Part shown: in pieces, positions 63,796 to 64,000 of the stretch
Layout of the letters: every line of letters starts with the position of its first letter
How positions within the stretch are numbered: the stretch's first letter is position 1
Assembly: GCF_006345805.1 (NCBI RefSeq)
Contig: NC_042999.1
Location: 64,852,001 to 64,916,000, forward strand
DNA: 64,000 bases
Direction of reading: 5' to 3'
DNA from: Octopus sinensis
Taxonomy: Eukaryota
Made by a program: the position numbers and the translations under genes
Notes under the pieces: model-generated
The model's input: the letters and a program-made list of their open reading frames with translations, nothing else
The model's database searches: none
What the model was told of the DNA's origin: nothing

Positions 63796-64000
63796 ATCAC
63801 CGTGACCGACCAGGCTATCAGATGTTACTACACATCGCTGGTCACAATGCGCTTCGCATTGTTTTAGCCTTCAAATGACGCCACCCCGCTGGCTAAGTGA
63901 GCAGGCCAAAAGAAGAAAGAGTGAGAGAAAGTTTTGGCGAAAGAGTACAGCAGGGATCGCCACCACCCCCTGTCAGAGCCTCGTGAAGCTTTAGGTTTTT
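63796..64000 (-). mobile_element. SINE family C-type body with a third tail type, cut by the window edge
   Basis: Reverse complement ACCTAAAGCTTCACGAGGCTC..GTACTCTTTCGCCAAAACTTTCTCTCACTCTTTCTTC matches 45950-46040, then diverges. Confidence 0.8.

Overview
This is eukaryotic, AT-rich, microsatellite-saturated DNA, almost entirely intronic or intergenic. The SINE families and repeat load point to a cephalopod, most likely Octopus; this is inference from memory of such repeats, not a database search. There is no intact full-length gene, tRNA/rRNA gene or CRISPR array, and nearly all ORF-track entries are translated microsatellites or antisense frames of transposon remnants. The window holds: six minus-strand fragments of R4/Dong-clade non-LTR retrotransposons, most joined to (TAA)n arrays; CR1-like and RTE-like RT remnants; two mariner remnants; two TA-flanked MITE-like hairpins and a probable hAT MITE; two Helitron 3' ends; over 25 tRNA-type SINE copies or fragments in about five families (informally A-E); three fold-back inverted duplications; and a few low-confidence spliced-exon candidates. 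The most interesting signal is two unrelated families of type I hammerhead ribozyme motifs. Family H2 has four copies (8885-10321) in two 1.5-mer tandem elements with a ~500-nt cleavage-to-cleavage monomer, resembling a retrozyme or Penelope pseudo-LTR unit. Family H1 is a compact 51-nt motif at 2844-2894 (minus strand) with two damaged copies. Several duplications differ mainly by homopolymer indels and may be long-read assembly artefacts.
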